Shown here: one piece after another, positions 1-10,500 of the stretch
How the letters are laid out: every line of letters starts with the position of its first letter
How positions within the stretch are numbered: position 1 is the stretch's first letter
Assembly: GCA_963847445.1 (NCBI GenBank)
Contig: CAWJZV010000048.1
Location: forward strand, 128,001-192,000
Direction: 5' to 3'
Source of the DNA: an uncultured delta proteobacterium
GTDB taxonomy: Bacteria > Desulfobacterota > Binatia > UBA9968
Length of the DNA stretch: 64,000 bases
The notes under the pieces: model-generated
Told to the model about the DNA's origin: nothing
Database searches by the model: none
Seen by the model: the letters and a program-made list of their open reading frames with translations, nothing else
Translations under genes and position numbers: made by a program

Positions 1-323
1 CCCGGCTTATGATTGGGCCCGGCGAGCATCACCAGATCGGCGCCGGCGAGATTCGCCTGAATCACCGCGGGAATGGCGATCTCGGATATCGGAATATCTT
101 TCGCCAACATAGCCTGCACCACGCGCGAACTGCCGGCGACGTAAATCAACTCGACATCAAGTCCATGCTTCTCAAACAGCTTGGCCTCTTTGGCGACCCA
201 AACCACCGCCATCGAACCGACCGTCGTCGGATAAGCGACTTTGAGCTTGATCGTTTGCGCGGCAATCGGATCGACAGAAAACGCTAGCCACAGGAAAAGA
301 GCGGAGACAACGCGTTGCACCAT
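1..323 (-). CDS. ABC transporter substrate-binding protein, NMT1/SsuA type (5' part; runs off the window)
   Basis: Manual translation from ATG 323: MVQRVVSALFLWLAFSVDPIAAQTIKLKVAYPTTVGSMAVVWVAKEAKLFEKHGLDVELIYVAGSSRVVQAM; signal peptide plus the typical LFEKHGLDVEL motif. Not in the ORF track. Confidence 0.85.
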   Translation of the reverse strand, partial: MVQRVVSALFLWLAFSVDPIAAQTIKLKVAYPTTVGSMAVVWVAKEAKLFEKHGLDVELIYVAGSSRVVQAMLAKDIPISEIAIPAVIQANLAGADLVMLAGPNHKP

Positions 324-358
324 TCCGACCTTGAACATTGAACGTTTGAACTTTGAAC
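322..358. repeat. TTGAAC(N1-2) periodic repeat, half copy of the element at 11645-11727
   Basis: attccgacc-ttgaac-a-ttgaac-gt-ttgaac-t-ttgaac; the same attccgaccttgaac occurs at about 11690-11704. Confidence 0.8.
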
Positions 359-363
359 AAAAT

Positions 364-1443
364 TTACGGATGCACATCTTCCAAAAACCAATCCGTGGGA
401 ATTTCTCGTCCCACTCGCGCCTCCCGCGCCCGCGCCAATACTTCGCTGCCGACGGCGGCGAACTGCAAACCAAGGCCGACATTGTTACAAAAGCAGCTGA
501 TCGCCTCGTCATGAACTCGTCCCGGATGCTGGCCATTGACCAACTGCGAGATCGTCGGTAGATCCCAGATCGCCGTGTCTTCACGCGTGATCGGATGGTG
601 CCAGCCTTCGGCAACATCGGGAATCGACTGCGGATCGACGCCAATGGCGATCTGAAACGGTTTCGCCTCGCGCCAGTGGATGATCAGAGGATCGGCGCGC
701 TTGTACGTCAGCGCATCGAGCTCACAGGGCTTAACGCACGACACATGCATGCCCGGCTGTAATATCTCACCCGGAAACAGTGCCGAGATCGAGTTGGTCG
801 TGCAGATGACCATGTCGGCGTCTTTAATCGCTTCGGCGGCGCTGACGGACTCGATCAATTCGACGTTCACCTTACCGCGCCATTCGTCGACAAACTTGCG
901 GCGCGACTCAGGCGTCGGGCTAAAGACTCGGACCTGTCGCAAATCACGGATCATCGCCATCGTGACCAGATGCGCGCTCGCCTGCCAGCCTGAACCGAGC
1001 AACGCCATCGTGGTGGAATTCTTGCGCGCCAGATAGCGCGCGGCGATCGCGCTGGCACCGGCAACGCGCAACTTCTGCACATAGCCATCGGGGAAAATCG
1101 CCAGCGGTTCGCCGGTCTCGGTGCTGAACAGCATGATCAGCCCCACGTAGCGGTCGCCGCCGGCCACCGGCAGTTTGTCCTTGCGCACGCCGCCCGCCTT
1201 CTCGTACCACTTGACCACGCTGGAGTTGAGCCGGAGCGCGGCGATGCCGCGATTGGGCAGCACGCCGCTCATGGTTTTGTACTCGTAGAACTCATTTGAT
1301 GACTTCGTCGGGCTGAAGACGTCGTAGCGCGGCACCGTCGCCGCCATGCCGTTGCCGAGGTCTCGATAGGCTTCTTCGAGCACGTCGAGGCACGCGCCCA
1401 CCGGAAGAATTTTTTCGATGTCGTCGTTGGAAAGAATCAGCAT
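364..1443 (-). CDS. Ornithine cyclodeaminase/mu-crystallin family protein
   Basis: RVAGASAIAARYLAR, LGSGWQA Rossmann motif, C-terminal NNVGLGLQFAA; AGGAGG RBS before ATG 1443. Confidence 0.9.
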   Translation of the reverse strand: MLILSNDDIEKILPVGACLDVLEEAYRDLGNGMAATVPRYDVFSPTKSSNEFYEYKTMSGVLPNRGIAALRLNSSVVKWYEKAGGVRKDKLPVAGGDRYVGLIMLFSTETGEPLAIFPDGYVQKLRVAGASAIAARYLARKNSTTMALLGSGWQASAHLVTMAMIRDLRQVRVFSPTPESRRKFVDEWRGKVNVELIESVSAAEAIKDADMVICTTNSISALFPGEILQPGMHVSCVKPCELDALTYKRADPLIIHWREAKPFQIAIGVDPQSIPDVAEGWHHPITREDTAIWDLPTISQLVNGQHPGRVHDEAISCFCNNVGLGLQFAAVGSEVLARAREARVGREIPTDWFLEDVHP

Positions 1444-1593
1444 GACAACCTCCTGAGCAACCTGCGCCGCCATTCTTAGTGCTGTCCGTTGAGCTTTTCA
1501 AGCCGCTCGCTATGCATATCAAGCGGTTGACAGGGCACCAGCGCTGTTGTCTTATCGGACAGCCGAAACGCACGACTTTAGCTGAAGGCAACC

Positions 1594-2650
1594 ATGTCAT
1601 TGCACCCGAACACCAAGATCGCAAAACATCTTTCATCCATCGGCGTCGTCGTCATATGCATTCTCGCGGCATCGTTTGCTCGCGCCAATCCGTACCTGGC
1701 AAAGCCGGGCGAAGCGCCGGTCACGGTTTACGTGGCCACCTGCGCTGTTTCCGGCGGTTTCATCCAACTCTACACCGCCCTCGACCAGAACCTGTTCGAA
1801 AAGTACGGCATCGCGGTCAAGCATGTCGTCATCCGCGGCGGCACGAATATCAACCTGGCCGCCCTCGGCGCCGACGAAGTGCAGTTTCTCTATTGCGCCG
1901 CCGACTCGACTCTGCCGGGCTATGGCCGTGGGCCGGGACGCCATGCTGCTCGCTTCGCCGTTGGTCGGTTTGCCCTACGTGATTATCGCGCGCAAGGAAA
2001 TTCGCACGGTGCAGGATTTGAAAGGGAAGTACGATCGGCGTCGGCAGCGTCGCCGGCCTGCCCTATCGTCTGCTGACGAATCTTCGTGAAGAAGTTCGGG
2101 CTTAGCTGACACGCAGATCCGGCCCGTCGGCGGCAGCCAGCCGGAGCGCTACAACGCCATGATGCAGGGCGTTATCGATCTCCGGGCCATTCACACCGCC
2201 AATGGACGCGCGCGGCAAAAAGGATGGATTCAACCTGGTCTACCATATGAATGACTTGGGCTTGCCGGCGATCTACAGCTCGCTGCACACCAACGCCAAG
2301 TCCCTGCGCGAGCGCCGACAGACCGTCCAGCGTTTCGTCGCGGCGCTGGCGGAAGCCGTGAAATTCGTTGAAGACAATCCCGAAAAGGCCAAGGCGTCGG
2401 TAGCGAAGATCCTCAGAGTCAACGACGACGAGCGCGTTGCAATCCTCTTACGACGCCTATGCCAAGAAGCATGTGAACCGGCGCCTGATCGTGCCGCTCA
2501 ATGCCGTGGCGGATTCCGTGGAAGTGGCCCGCGAAGCCGGCGCTAAAAGTTACCAAGAAAGCCAACGAGATCGTCGACAACAGCTTCGCGGAGAATCTGG
2601 AGAAGAGCGGATTTTTAAAGGAGCTATGGGGCGGCAAACTGCCGAATTAA
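1594..2650 (+). CDS. ABC transporter substrate-binding protein, NMT1/SsuA type (frameshifted)
   Basis: Signal peptide, LFEKYGIAVKHV, then IIARKEIRTVQDLKGK and VQRFVAALAEAVKFVEDNPEKA in successive frames; TAA at 2648-2650. Confidence 0.8.
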
Positions 2651-2672
2651 CTTTTTTTGGAGAATCAGACCG

Positions 2673-3519
2673 ATGCTAAAACCAACCGGATTTGGTAAGC
2701 GGCCACTACGAATGTCGATCCTTCACGGAATCGTTGCCGATCCTCAAAGAATTTCTCGCCCTCGAATGTCGTCGACGAAAAACGACGGCGAGAAGATCGT
2801 CAAGCATCCCGAACACCGGCTGGCAGATCGTCGTCCACGAGAACGGCGCCGACGCGCCGATCAAGTCGATGCGCAATCACTACGGCGTGCGCGTCGCCAC
2901 CAACGCCGAAGTCGATCGCGCGACGGAATATTTGGAGAGCCGCAAGAGCCAGTTCGGCATCAAAGTGATCAAGCCGCGCGAGAACCACAACGCCTACTCG
3001 GTCCACTTCTACGAACCCGGCGGCAACTACTGGGAGATCGAGTCCTACGAACACGCCGTCGAGCACGGCATGGGCAAAACCACCAACCCGCACTGGACAA
3101 AACCGCTGCCCGAAGAAGCATTCGCCGGCAAAGGCTACGTGCCCCAAGCCCTCACCCATGGGACCTTGGAGAATGACGACCTCGCCGCATCCGAACGCTT
3201 CTACAAAGAAGCCCTCGGCTTGGAAGTGGTCAAACTGTGGCCCAGCTCCTGCTACGTCAAACATCCCGACACGCCGTGGTACATCGTCTGCATCCAAGCG
3301 CAAAATCCCAACCGTCCCCGGCTGTCGCGTTACCAACGTTTCACCGTCGCCGTCGATTCCGCCAACGCGGTCCACAACGCCCATCGCGAACTTACGGAGC
3401 ACCGCGACAGCTGGCAGCTGCGCGAGCTAGAAGAGGTACGTGAATCGAATGATGCAGCGTCGTTTCTGTTTGCCGACCTAAACGGCAACTGGTGGGAGAT
3501 CAAAAACATCCAGTCCTAA
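2673..3519 (+). CDS. VOC/glyoxalase family protein with two domains (frameshifts near the 5' end)
   Basis: HYGVRV...SVHFYEPGGNYWEIE and THGTLE...FADLNGNWWEI paired VOC motifs. Confidence 0.8.
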
Positions 3520-3684
3520 AACAAGCAGGCCGTATGATTTCCAGTAGATTCTGATTTTGCCAAGTTTATCGGCGCTAACCCAAAGACATTCGTGGACTTG
3601 CAAAGCCACCCGTTGAGAGTAACCTTGGCTGGAAATACGGATTTCACAATCGGTTTCCTTGCAAGGCTTTAGCCGGAGACGACG

Positions 3685-3991
3685 ATGAACGACGCAGCGC
3701 CTCTTCACATTCCTTCTGAAGAACTCACGAACTTTTGCCGCCGCTACCAAGTGCGGGAGCTGGCTCTTTTTGGATCGATGCTGCGGACCAGACTTTGATT
3801 CCGATAGCGATGTTGACCTGCTCGTCAGCTTCGAACCCGCCGCGCGAATAACCTTTTTAACCCTAGCGAGAATGCAGCGCGAACTGGAAGCCATCATGGG
3901 GCGACCGGTCGACTTAGTCCCCCGGGATGGGCTGAAGCCGATCATTCGTAGTCAAGTTCTCGCAACCGCGCGCGTGCTTTATGCGGCGTGA
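3685..3991 (+). CDS. mntA: Minimal nucleotidyltransferase antitoxin (MntA-like), one frameshift near 3787
   Basis: FCRRYQVRELALFGSMLR..DFDSDSDVDLLV..GRPVDLV; GS-x10-DxD motif; overlaps the downstream HEPN gene. Confidence 0.85.
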
Positions 3992-4337
3992 GACACTCTA
4001 TCTCCAAGATATCGTCGAGGCCTGCGACCTGCTTGCTACTTTTTTGGAGGGCATGGATGCGTCGGCGTTCATGGCCAGCGAACTGCACAAGGCCGCGGCA
4101 CTGCAAAAGCTCGCCGTGATCGGCGAAGCAGCGGCGCGCCTTCCACAGGAGTTTCGTGAAAGACACCCGGAAGTGGAATGGCGCGATATCGTCGCGTTCC
4201 GCAATATTGCCGTGCATGCATACTTTTCAGTGCAGTGGGACATTGTCTGGGCGACGGCTCATGACGATGTGCCTGTGCTTCGAAGTCAGGTCCTGCAGAT
4301 TCTGCAGAATGAAAACCTAGAACAGCCTGATGACTAA
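3981..4337 (+). CDS. hepT: HEPN/DUF86 RNase toxin (HepT-like)
   Basis: YLQDIVEA, IGEAAARL, and the RX4HXY catalytic motif RNIAVHAY. Confidence 0.9.
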   Translation: MRRETLYLQDIVEACDLLATFLEGMDASAFMASELHKAAALQKLAVIGEAAARLPQEFRERHPEVEWRDIVAFRNIAVHAYFSVQWDIVWATAHDDVPVLRSQVLQILQNENLEQPDD

Positions 4338-4423
4338 ATGCATCGGGACGATGGTCCTCAGCCGCGATTGACCGACCGGTTTAAAAAAAACCGTACTCCG
4401 AATCCGTTTTCACGCACACATTC

Positions 4424-5767
4424 ATGAATCACAGGAGCGACTCCGCCGCTGGCGCGACACCACAGGCGCGTTTTTTCTACGGCTGGTATATCGTCGCCGT
4501 CGGCATTCTCGTCAACATCGCCGGCACTTTCGCCTTTTCCAGCACGTTGAGCATTTTTCTCAAACCGATCACCGAAGAGCTGGGTGTAACGCGCGGCGCA
4601 TTCTCGTTGATCCGCACGTTCGAGATCGGCGTCGCCGCGTTGATCGTGCCGATGCTCGGTTCGTGGATCGACCGCCATGGCGGGCGCGGCGTGCTCGTCT
4701 TGGGCGTGCTCATGGAAGGCGCGGGGCTGTTGCTTTCGAGCTTGGTGCAGAGTTTCTGGCAGTTCGTCGTCGTGCGCTGCTCGTTGGTCATCGCCGGCGA
4801 GGCGCTGCTCGGTTCGCTGGTGATCAACGTCACCATCGCCCAATGGTTCGTGCGCAAGCGCGGCCGCGCCATGGGCATCGCCAACCTCGGCACCGGTGTC
4901 GCCAAGCTGGGCATCCCGATCGCCGCCGCGTCGCTGTTCGTGCTGGTCGGTTGGCGCTACACTTGGGCGATCTTCGGCATCATCGCGCCGCTGTTAGTGG
5001 TCGCCCCCGCGCTGATCTTCGTGCGCCGCCAACCCGAGGACTTGGGACTCCGCCCGGATGGCGACCCGCCGCTGCCGCTGCTGCTCCGCAGCCCCGAGAA
5101 TCCAGCACCGACGACAAGCGAAAACAACCGGCGCAAAGCTCTGACGAAACGGTGTGGACTCGCGCCCAGGCAATACGGTTACCGGCGTTTTGGGTGCTCG
5201 TCATCACCTTCGGCATCGCCAGTGTTGGCATCGCCGGGTTGAATCTTCATATATTCTCTTACGTCACCGACATCGGCCACTCACCGCTCGTCGCCGCCTC
5301 GTTCATGAGCACCATCGCGATCACGCAACTGGGCTCGACGCTGGTCTGGGGCATGCTCGCCGATAAGTTCGACATCAGAAAAGTCTCTTGTATTCAGTTC
5401 CTCATCCAAGGCATCGGCCTGATCACCGCCATCACCAGTCGGCAAATTCATGTCACCTACATTGGCTTTTTTCTTTATGGCACCGGCCTGGCCGGGAGTT
5501 TCGTGCTGCGGGAAGTGATCTGGGCTAACTTCTTCGGCCGAAATTCCCTCGGCACCGTGCGCGGCCTATCGATGCTGTTCTCGCATCTGTTCGCCGCCAG
5601 CGGCGCGCCGTTTTTCGGCTTCCTTCACGACCGCACCGGCAGCTACGATCTTATCGTTCACGATTTTTTCTTGTGCGCTGTTTACGTCAGCGTTCTTGGT
5701 GCTGTTGGCAAAGCCGCCGCGGCGGGAGTCGGCAGTTGTCAGTATTCTGTCGTCCGAAGGACGGTGA
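4424..5767 (+). CDS. MFS transporter (frameshifted)
   Basis: FYGWYIV start, GSWIDRHGGR motif A, GMLADKFDIR second repeat; split across frames near 5080-5120 and 5652. Confidence 0.85.
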
Positions 5768-5801
5768 ACAGTAAACCCGAGACACCAAACTCTAAACGTT
5801 C

Positions 5802-6752
5802 TTATTCGATCCCCACGAACAATTCCTCCGCCGTGAGCTGCCGCTTGGTCAATCCCTGCTCGTAGCTGTAGAGCGCGAAGCGTTCGATGTTCTTGCGATT
5901 GGCTTCAAGGCCGTTCTTCCACGGATCGAAGCTGCAAAGATTATTCTGCCGCTCCAGCTCTTTCCTGCCCCACATCACCATGGACCAGTTGGGATCGACC
6001 CAGCGCTGCATGGCGCGGCCGCGGGATTGCTCGAAAATATCGAAAAGCGCGCGCGGCACCTCGGGATGTTTCTCGGCCAACTCTTTTTTGTAAGCCAACA
6101 CATGCATGATCGGGAAGTAGCCTTCCTCGCGCAGGTAGCGTTCTTCTTCGGCTTGCGGATCGGTGAACAAGCGATCCAAGTTCTGGTTGCCGTCGCGGAA
6201 AGGTTTGGGCAGGCGCGATACGAACATCGCTTGAATTTTACCGTCGACAAATTCCTGTTCGATCTCGGCCATGCTGTCGCGGCTTTCAATTTTTAAATCG
6301 GCGGGCAACTCGACATCGATCACCTCCTTTCCCGGCGTGATCCAAGTTACCGATTTTCGATCGACGCCGTAAAAATGCGTCAGATCGCCCTTGGCGCGCA
6401 CTCCTAGAGTATTCTGATAGCCACTCAAGCCGATACGCTTACCCATCAAGTCTCTCGGCGATTGGATGCCACAGTTGACGTTCCTATACATCTGCGACTG
6501 GCTGAACAGCCGGCGCGGAAAGATCGGCACCGCATGCACCGGCATGCCTTGGTCGACGGCGATGCAGTAGGACGAGAATGACAGCTCCGCGGCGTCGAAC
6601 TCCCAATGCTGCAAAAACCGCTCGTGACGCCCCTGCTGCGGGTCGCATTCGATATATTCGATGTCGATATCCGGGTGTTGGACGCAGCCTTCGAGCAAAG
6701 GCGCGTGCCGGTCATAGGAGCCTAGGGCCAAAGTAATTTTGAGTTTGGTCAT
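5802..6752 (-). CDS. 4,5-dihydroxyphthalate decarboxylase-like, periplasmic-binding-protein fold
   Basis: YDRHAPLLEG, FDAAELSFSSY, PIFPRR, FPIMH, YSYEQGL family motifs; no signal peptide. Confidence 0.8.
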   Translation of the reverse strand: MTKLKITLALGSYDRHAPLLEGCVQHPDIDIEYIECDPQQGRHERFLQHWEFDAAELSFSSYCIAVDQGMPVHAVPIFPRRLFSQSQMYRNVNCGIQSPRDLMGKRIGLSGYQNTLGVRAKGDLTHFYGVDRKSVTWITPGKEVIDVELPADLKIESRDSMAEIEQEFVDGKIQAMFVSRLPKPFRDGNQNLDRLFTDPQAEEERYLREEGYFPIMHVLAYKKELAEKHPEVPRALFDIFEQSRGRAMQRWVDPNWSMVMWGRKELERQNNLCSFDPWKNGLEANRKNIERFALYSYEQGLTKRQLTAEELFVGIE

Positions 6753-7043
6753 GGGTCGATCAAGTATCGAACCGCGCTGAGTTCGTCAACCGTCGGGTGG
6801 CTTGGCTCAGGAAAGATTTATCGCTGCGCGCGCAATGTCAGCTTGCAACGGTACTATGCCAACCCAAAAAAACATCGGCCTAAGCGTATCACCGATGCTT
6901 TGGCCAATCGAGATTGGTAACCGGCGATTTGGCTGCGTCAGTTGCAGCCCCCGCAATGGCGAGGCTTTCCGCGAATTTGCCGTAGCTTGTGCGCGAGACA
7001 ATCTATACATAATATAATCGATTAATTGGGAGGTCGGGCTGTC

Positions 7044-7484
7044 GTGTACTATTTCGCTTACGGATCGAATTTGCATTGGCCGCAGATGCAGCGGCGCTGC
7101 CCTTCGGCGAAGTTCGTCACCATCGCCAAGCTGCCCGGCTATGAATTTGGCATAACCCGCCACTCGCGTTTGCGCGAGTGCGGCACCGCCAACGTCTGCC
7201 CCGTCGCCGGCCGGGAAGTCTGGGGCGCAGTGTACGATGTCTGCGACGCCGATCTCGACGTCATGGACGGCTTCGAAGACGGCTACCACCGCGAGATTTT
7301 ATCGGTCTACGCGCCGGACAACGGTGGTCATCCGCTGCAAGTATTGGTCTACGTCGCCGCCATCGAGAAAAATGTCCCGCTGCCCAATCCCGAATACAAA
7401 CGCTTGATCCTCGAGGGCGCGCGCCATTGGCACATGCCAAGCACTTACATCGCCATGTTGGAAACTATCGAAACCGCCGGCTAA
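7044..7484 (+). CDS. Gamma-glutamylcyclotransferase (AIG2-like) family protein
   Basis: YFAYGSNL motif, VWGAVY, MDGFEDGY; GGAGG RBS before GTG 7044. Confidence 0.9.
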   Translation: MYYFAYGSNLHWPQMQRRCPSAKFVTIAKLPGYEFGITRHSRLRECGTANVCPVAGREVWGAVYDVCDADLDVMDGFEDGYHREILSVYAPDNGGHPLQVLVYVAAIEKNVPLPNPEYKRLILEGARHWHMPSTYIAMLETIETAG

Positions 7485-7571
7485 ATCACCATCATTTAGA
7501 TCGGCACATTCGATGGACATGCAATACCCCTTGCGATAAGCTCGCGGCAATTCATCCTCCCGAAGGTTGCC

Positions 7572-10500
7572 ATGGCGTCAAAACTCACCGATCTGCGGAC
7601 AAAAACCACCGCCATGGTTCGCCATCCGCGGACCCGCAAGATCGCCATTTGGCTCGTCGCGATCGTTGTCGGTTTCGGCGTGCTCTTGGGTCTGGCCGCG
7701 CCGCCGCTATTGCGTGGTAAGATTGCTAGCGAGCTATCGAAAACCCTGCACCGTCCCGTCACCATCGAGCAGATTAAGCTCAATCCCTACACGCTCACCG
7801 TCACGGTGCGCGGCTTTCTGATGCAGGAGAAGCAAGGCCAAACTGCCGCGCTCTCGTTCGAAGAGCTGTTCGTCAATCTGGAATTACAATCGCTAATTCG
7901 CCTGGCGCCAGTGATCGAAGAACTGCGCCTGGTCAAGCCCTATGTCAATTTAGTGCGGCAGCAGGATTTCAAATATAACTTCCAAGACCTGATTGACGAA
8001 TTTACTTCCGGCCCGCCGGGGCCAACACCGCGCTTCGCATTGCATAACATTCAAATCATCGACGGCAAGATCGATTTCGACGACCAGCCCGAGAAGACCA
8101 AGCACTCCGTCACTTCACTCAAGATCGGCCTGCCGTTTATTTCCAGCTTGCCGGCGCACCTGGCGATCAAGATCAAGCCGGAGTTCGCCGCGGTGATCAA
8201 CGGCGCGCCGTTCCACCTCGCCGGCGATTCCACCACGCCATTCACAGATTCGCTTGAAAGCACACTGGGCATTAAAATCGATAAGCTGGAGATCGCCAAG
8301 TTTTTGGAATACTCGCCGGTGGCACTCAATTTCAAACTTTCATCGGGACAACTCAACGGCAAGGTCACTTTAGGCTTCAAGTCGGCGCCGAAAGCCGCGC
8401 CGGTATTGGCGCTGTCGGGCGATCTCAACGTAAACGCATTGGAGATGCAGGAGACCGGCGCCGCGCCGCTGCTCAAGCTGCCCAACTTCGATGTCGTGAT
8501 CGGCGCCTTCGAGGTTTTCAACAGCAAGCTGGTGCTCAAATCGGTGAAGTCCCAGGGCCTCGAAGTCCATGTCGCAATCGACCGCAAGGGCGCATTGAAT
8601 CTGGCCAATCTGGTGACGCCATCGGCCAACAGCCAGCCGGCCCCGGAAAAAAAAGACGACGCCAAGCCGTTCATCTACCAAATCGAGGAGTTCGCCCTCG
8701 ACGGCGCAACGATCCACTTCAACGATGAACAACCGCAGCAGCCCTACAAGACACGCCTCGACAATGTCCGCCTCAAAGTCACGGGCCTCAGCAATGAAGC
8801 CGATAAAAAGGCTAATGTCGAACTGTCGTTTGAATCTGACGCAAAAGAAACATTCTCTCACGCCGGCACCGTCCAACTGACGCCGCTGCTGGCAGACGGC
8901 AAGTTGGAGATCGGGGCGCTGCAACTCAAGAAACTCCGCCCTTATTACGGAGACTTGATCGGAGTGGAATTCAAGGACGGACTTCTCGACCTTACGACTC
9001 AGGTTGCCTTCGCGCAGAAAGCAGACGAGCCGGAGATAAAACTTTCCGAGCTAAACGCGGCGCTGCGAACATTGCGCATGGACGTGCCGGGAGAATCCGA
9101 ACCTCTTTGGCGCGTTCCGCTCCTGACCGTAAAAGACACCACGGTTGACGTCGGCAAGCGTTCGGTCGTCATTGGTTCCGTGGAAACCCGGGATGGCAAC
9201 GGCTATGTCCAACGGGAAAAGGACGGGACGATCAGCTACGCCCGCCTGCTCAAGACGCGCGGTCCTGAAAGCGCTACCAAACAGCCGGCGAAAGCAGAAC
9301 AGGCGTCCTGGACCGTGCTCACTAAGCGCGTGGCTTTCAACCGTTATAAAATTGTTTACGATGATCGCTCCCTGGCGACACCGGCGCGCATCGTCGTATC
9401 CAATACAACCCTCCGCGGCGAGAATTTTTCCAACGTGGAAAAGTCGCGCGGCAAAGCGACGTTCCAAGCCACAATCAACGACAAAGGGACCTTGAAAATT
9501 GCCGGAACTGTGGGAACTCGGCCCGTTACAGGCCGGCTGGAGGTGGATGCTCAGGGGATTGATATTCTACCATTTCGGCCTTATGTGGAGGACCGAGTTA
9601 ACTTCTTGTTCACCAGCGGTAGTATTGGCACCAAGGGTAATTTAATTTTTGATACCAGCGGCGACGGCCCGGCCAAAGTCAACTACGACGGCAGCGTCGA
9701 CATCACCGACTTTGCGACCATCGAAAAGAGCAACTCCAACGACCTGCTCAAGTGGAAATCGCTCAACTTAAACGCCCTTCAGTTCAACCTCGAACCTTTC
9801 AAATTAAGCATCGGCGAAATCAATCTCGGCGATTTCTACTCGCGCTTGATCCTCGGCGCCGACGGCAAAATGAATTTGCAAAAGCTCACGCCCGAAAGCG
9901 AGGAAAAGAAAGCCGAGCCGCCGCCGGAAAAAACCACGGCGAAAGCGCCGGAGGCAAAAGCACCGGACAAGCCAGGAGCCGCGGCTCCCTCCGCCGCAGC
10001 CGAAGAGAAAGCGATTACCATCGGCAAGATTAACTTGACTGCGGGCAACATTGACTTCAGCGACCTTTTCATCAAGCCCAACTACAACGCCAATCTCACC
10101 GGCGTTCAGGGAACGATTTCCGAGCTCAAACCGGAAACGCCCGGCGATCTCGACATTACCGCCCGCCTCGACAATGCCGCGCCGGTGGTGATCAAGGGCA
10201 AGCTCAACCCGCTGTCGAAAGAATTATTTCTCGACATAGTGGCCGATGCCAAGGACATCGAGCTGAGCCCGATGACTCCCTATTCGGGGCGCTACGTCGG
10301 CTACGGCATCGAGAAAGGCAAGCTTTCGTTCAACGTCAAATACAAGCTTGAGAATCGCAAGTTGACCGCCGAAAATAAAATCATTCTAAACCAGCTCACT
10401 TTCGGCGAAAGAATCGAAAGCCCCGATGCGACTAAACTACCGGTGTTGCTTGCCGTGGCATTGTTAAAAGACCGCGACGGCGTCATCGATATCGATCTGC

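Noticed and set aside
3520-3684. Possible gene remnant upstream of the TA pair
   Set aside because: A stop-free stretch of about 44 codons exists, but it has no start codon or recognisable motif.
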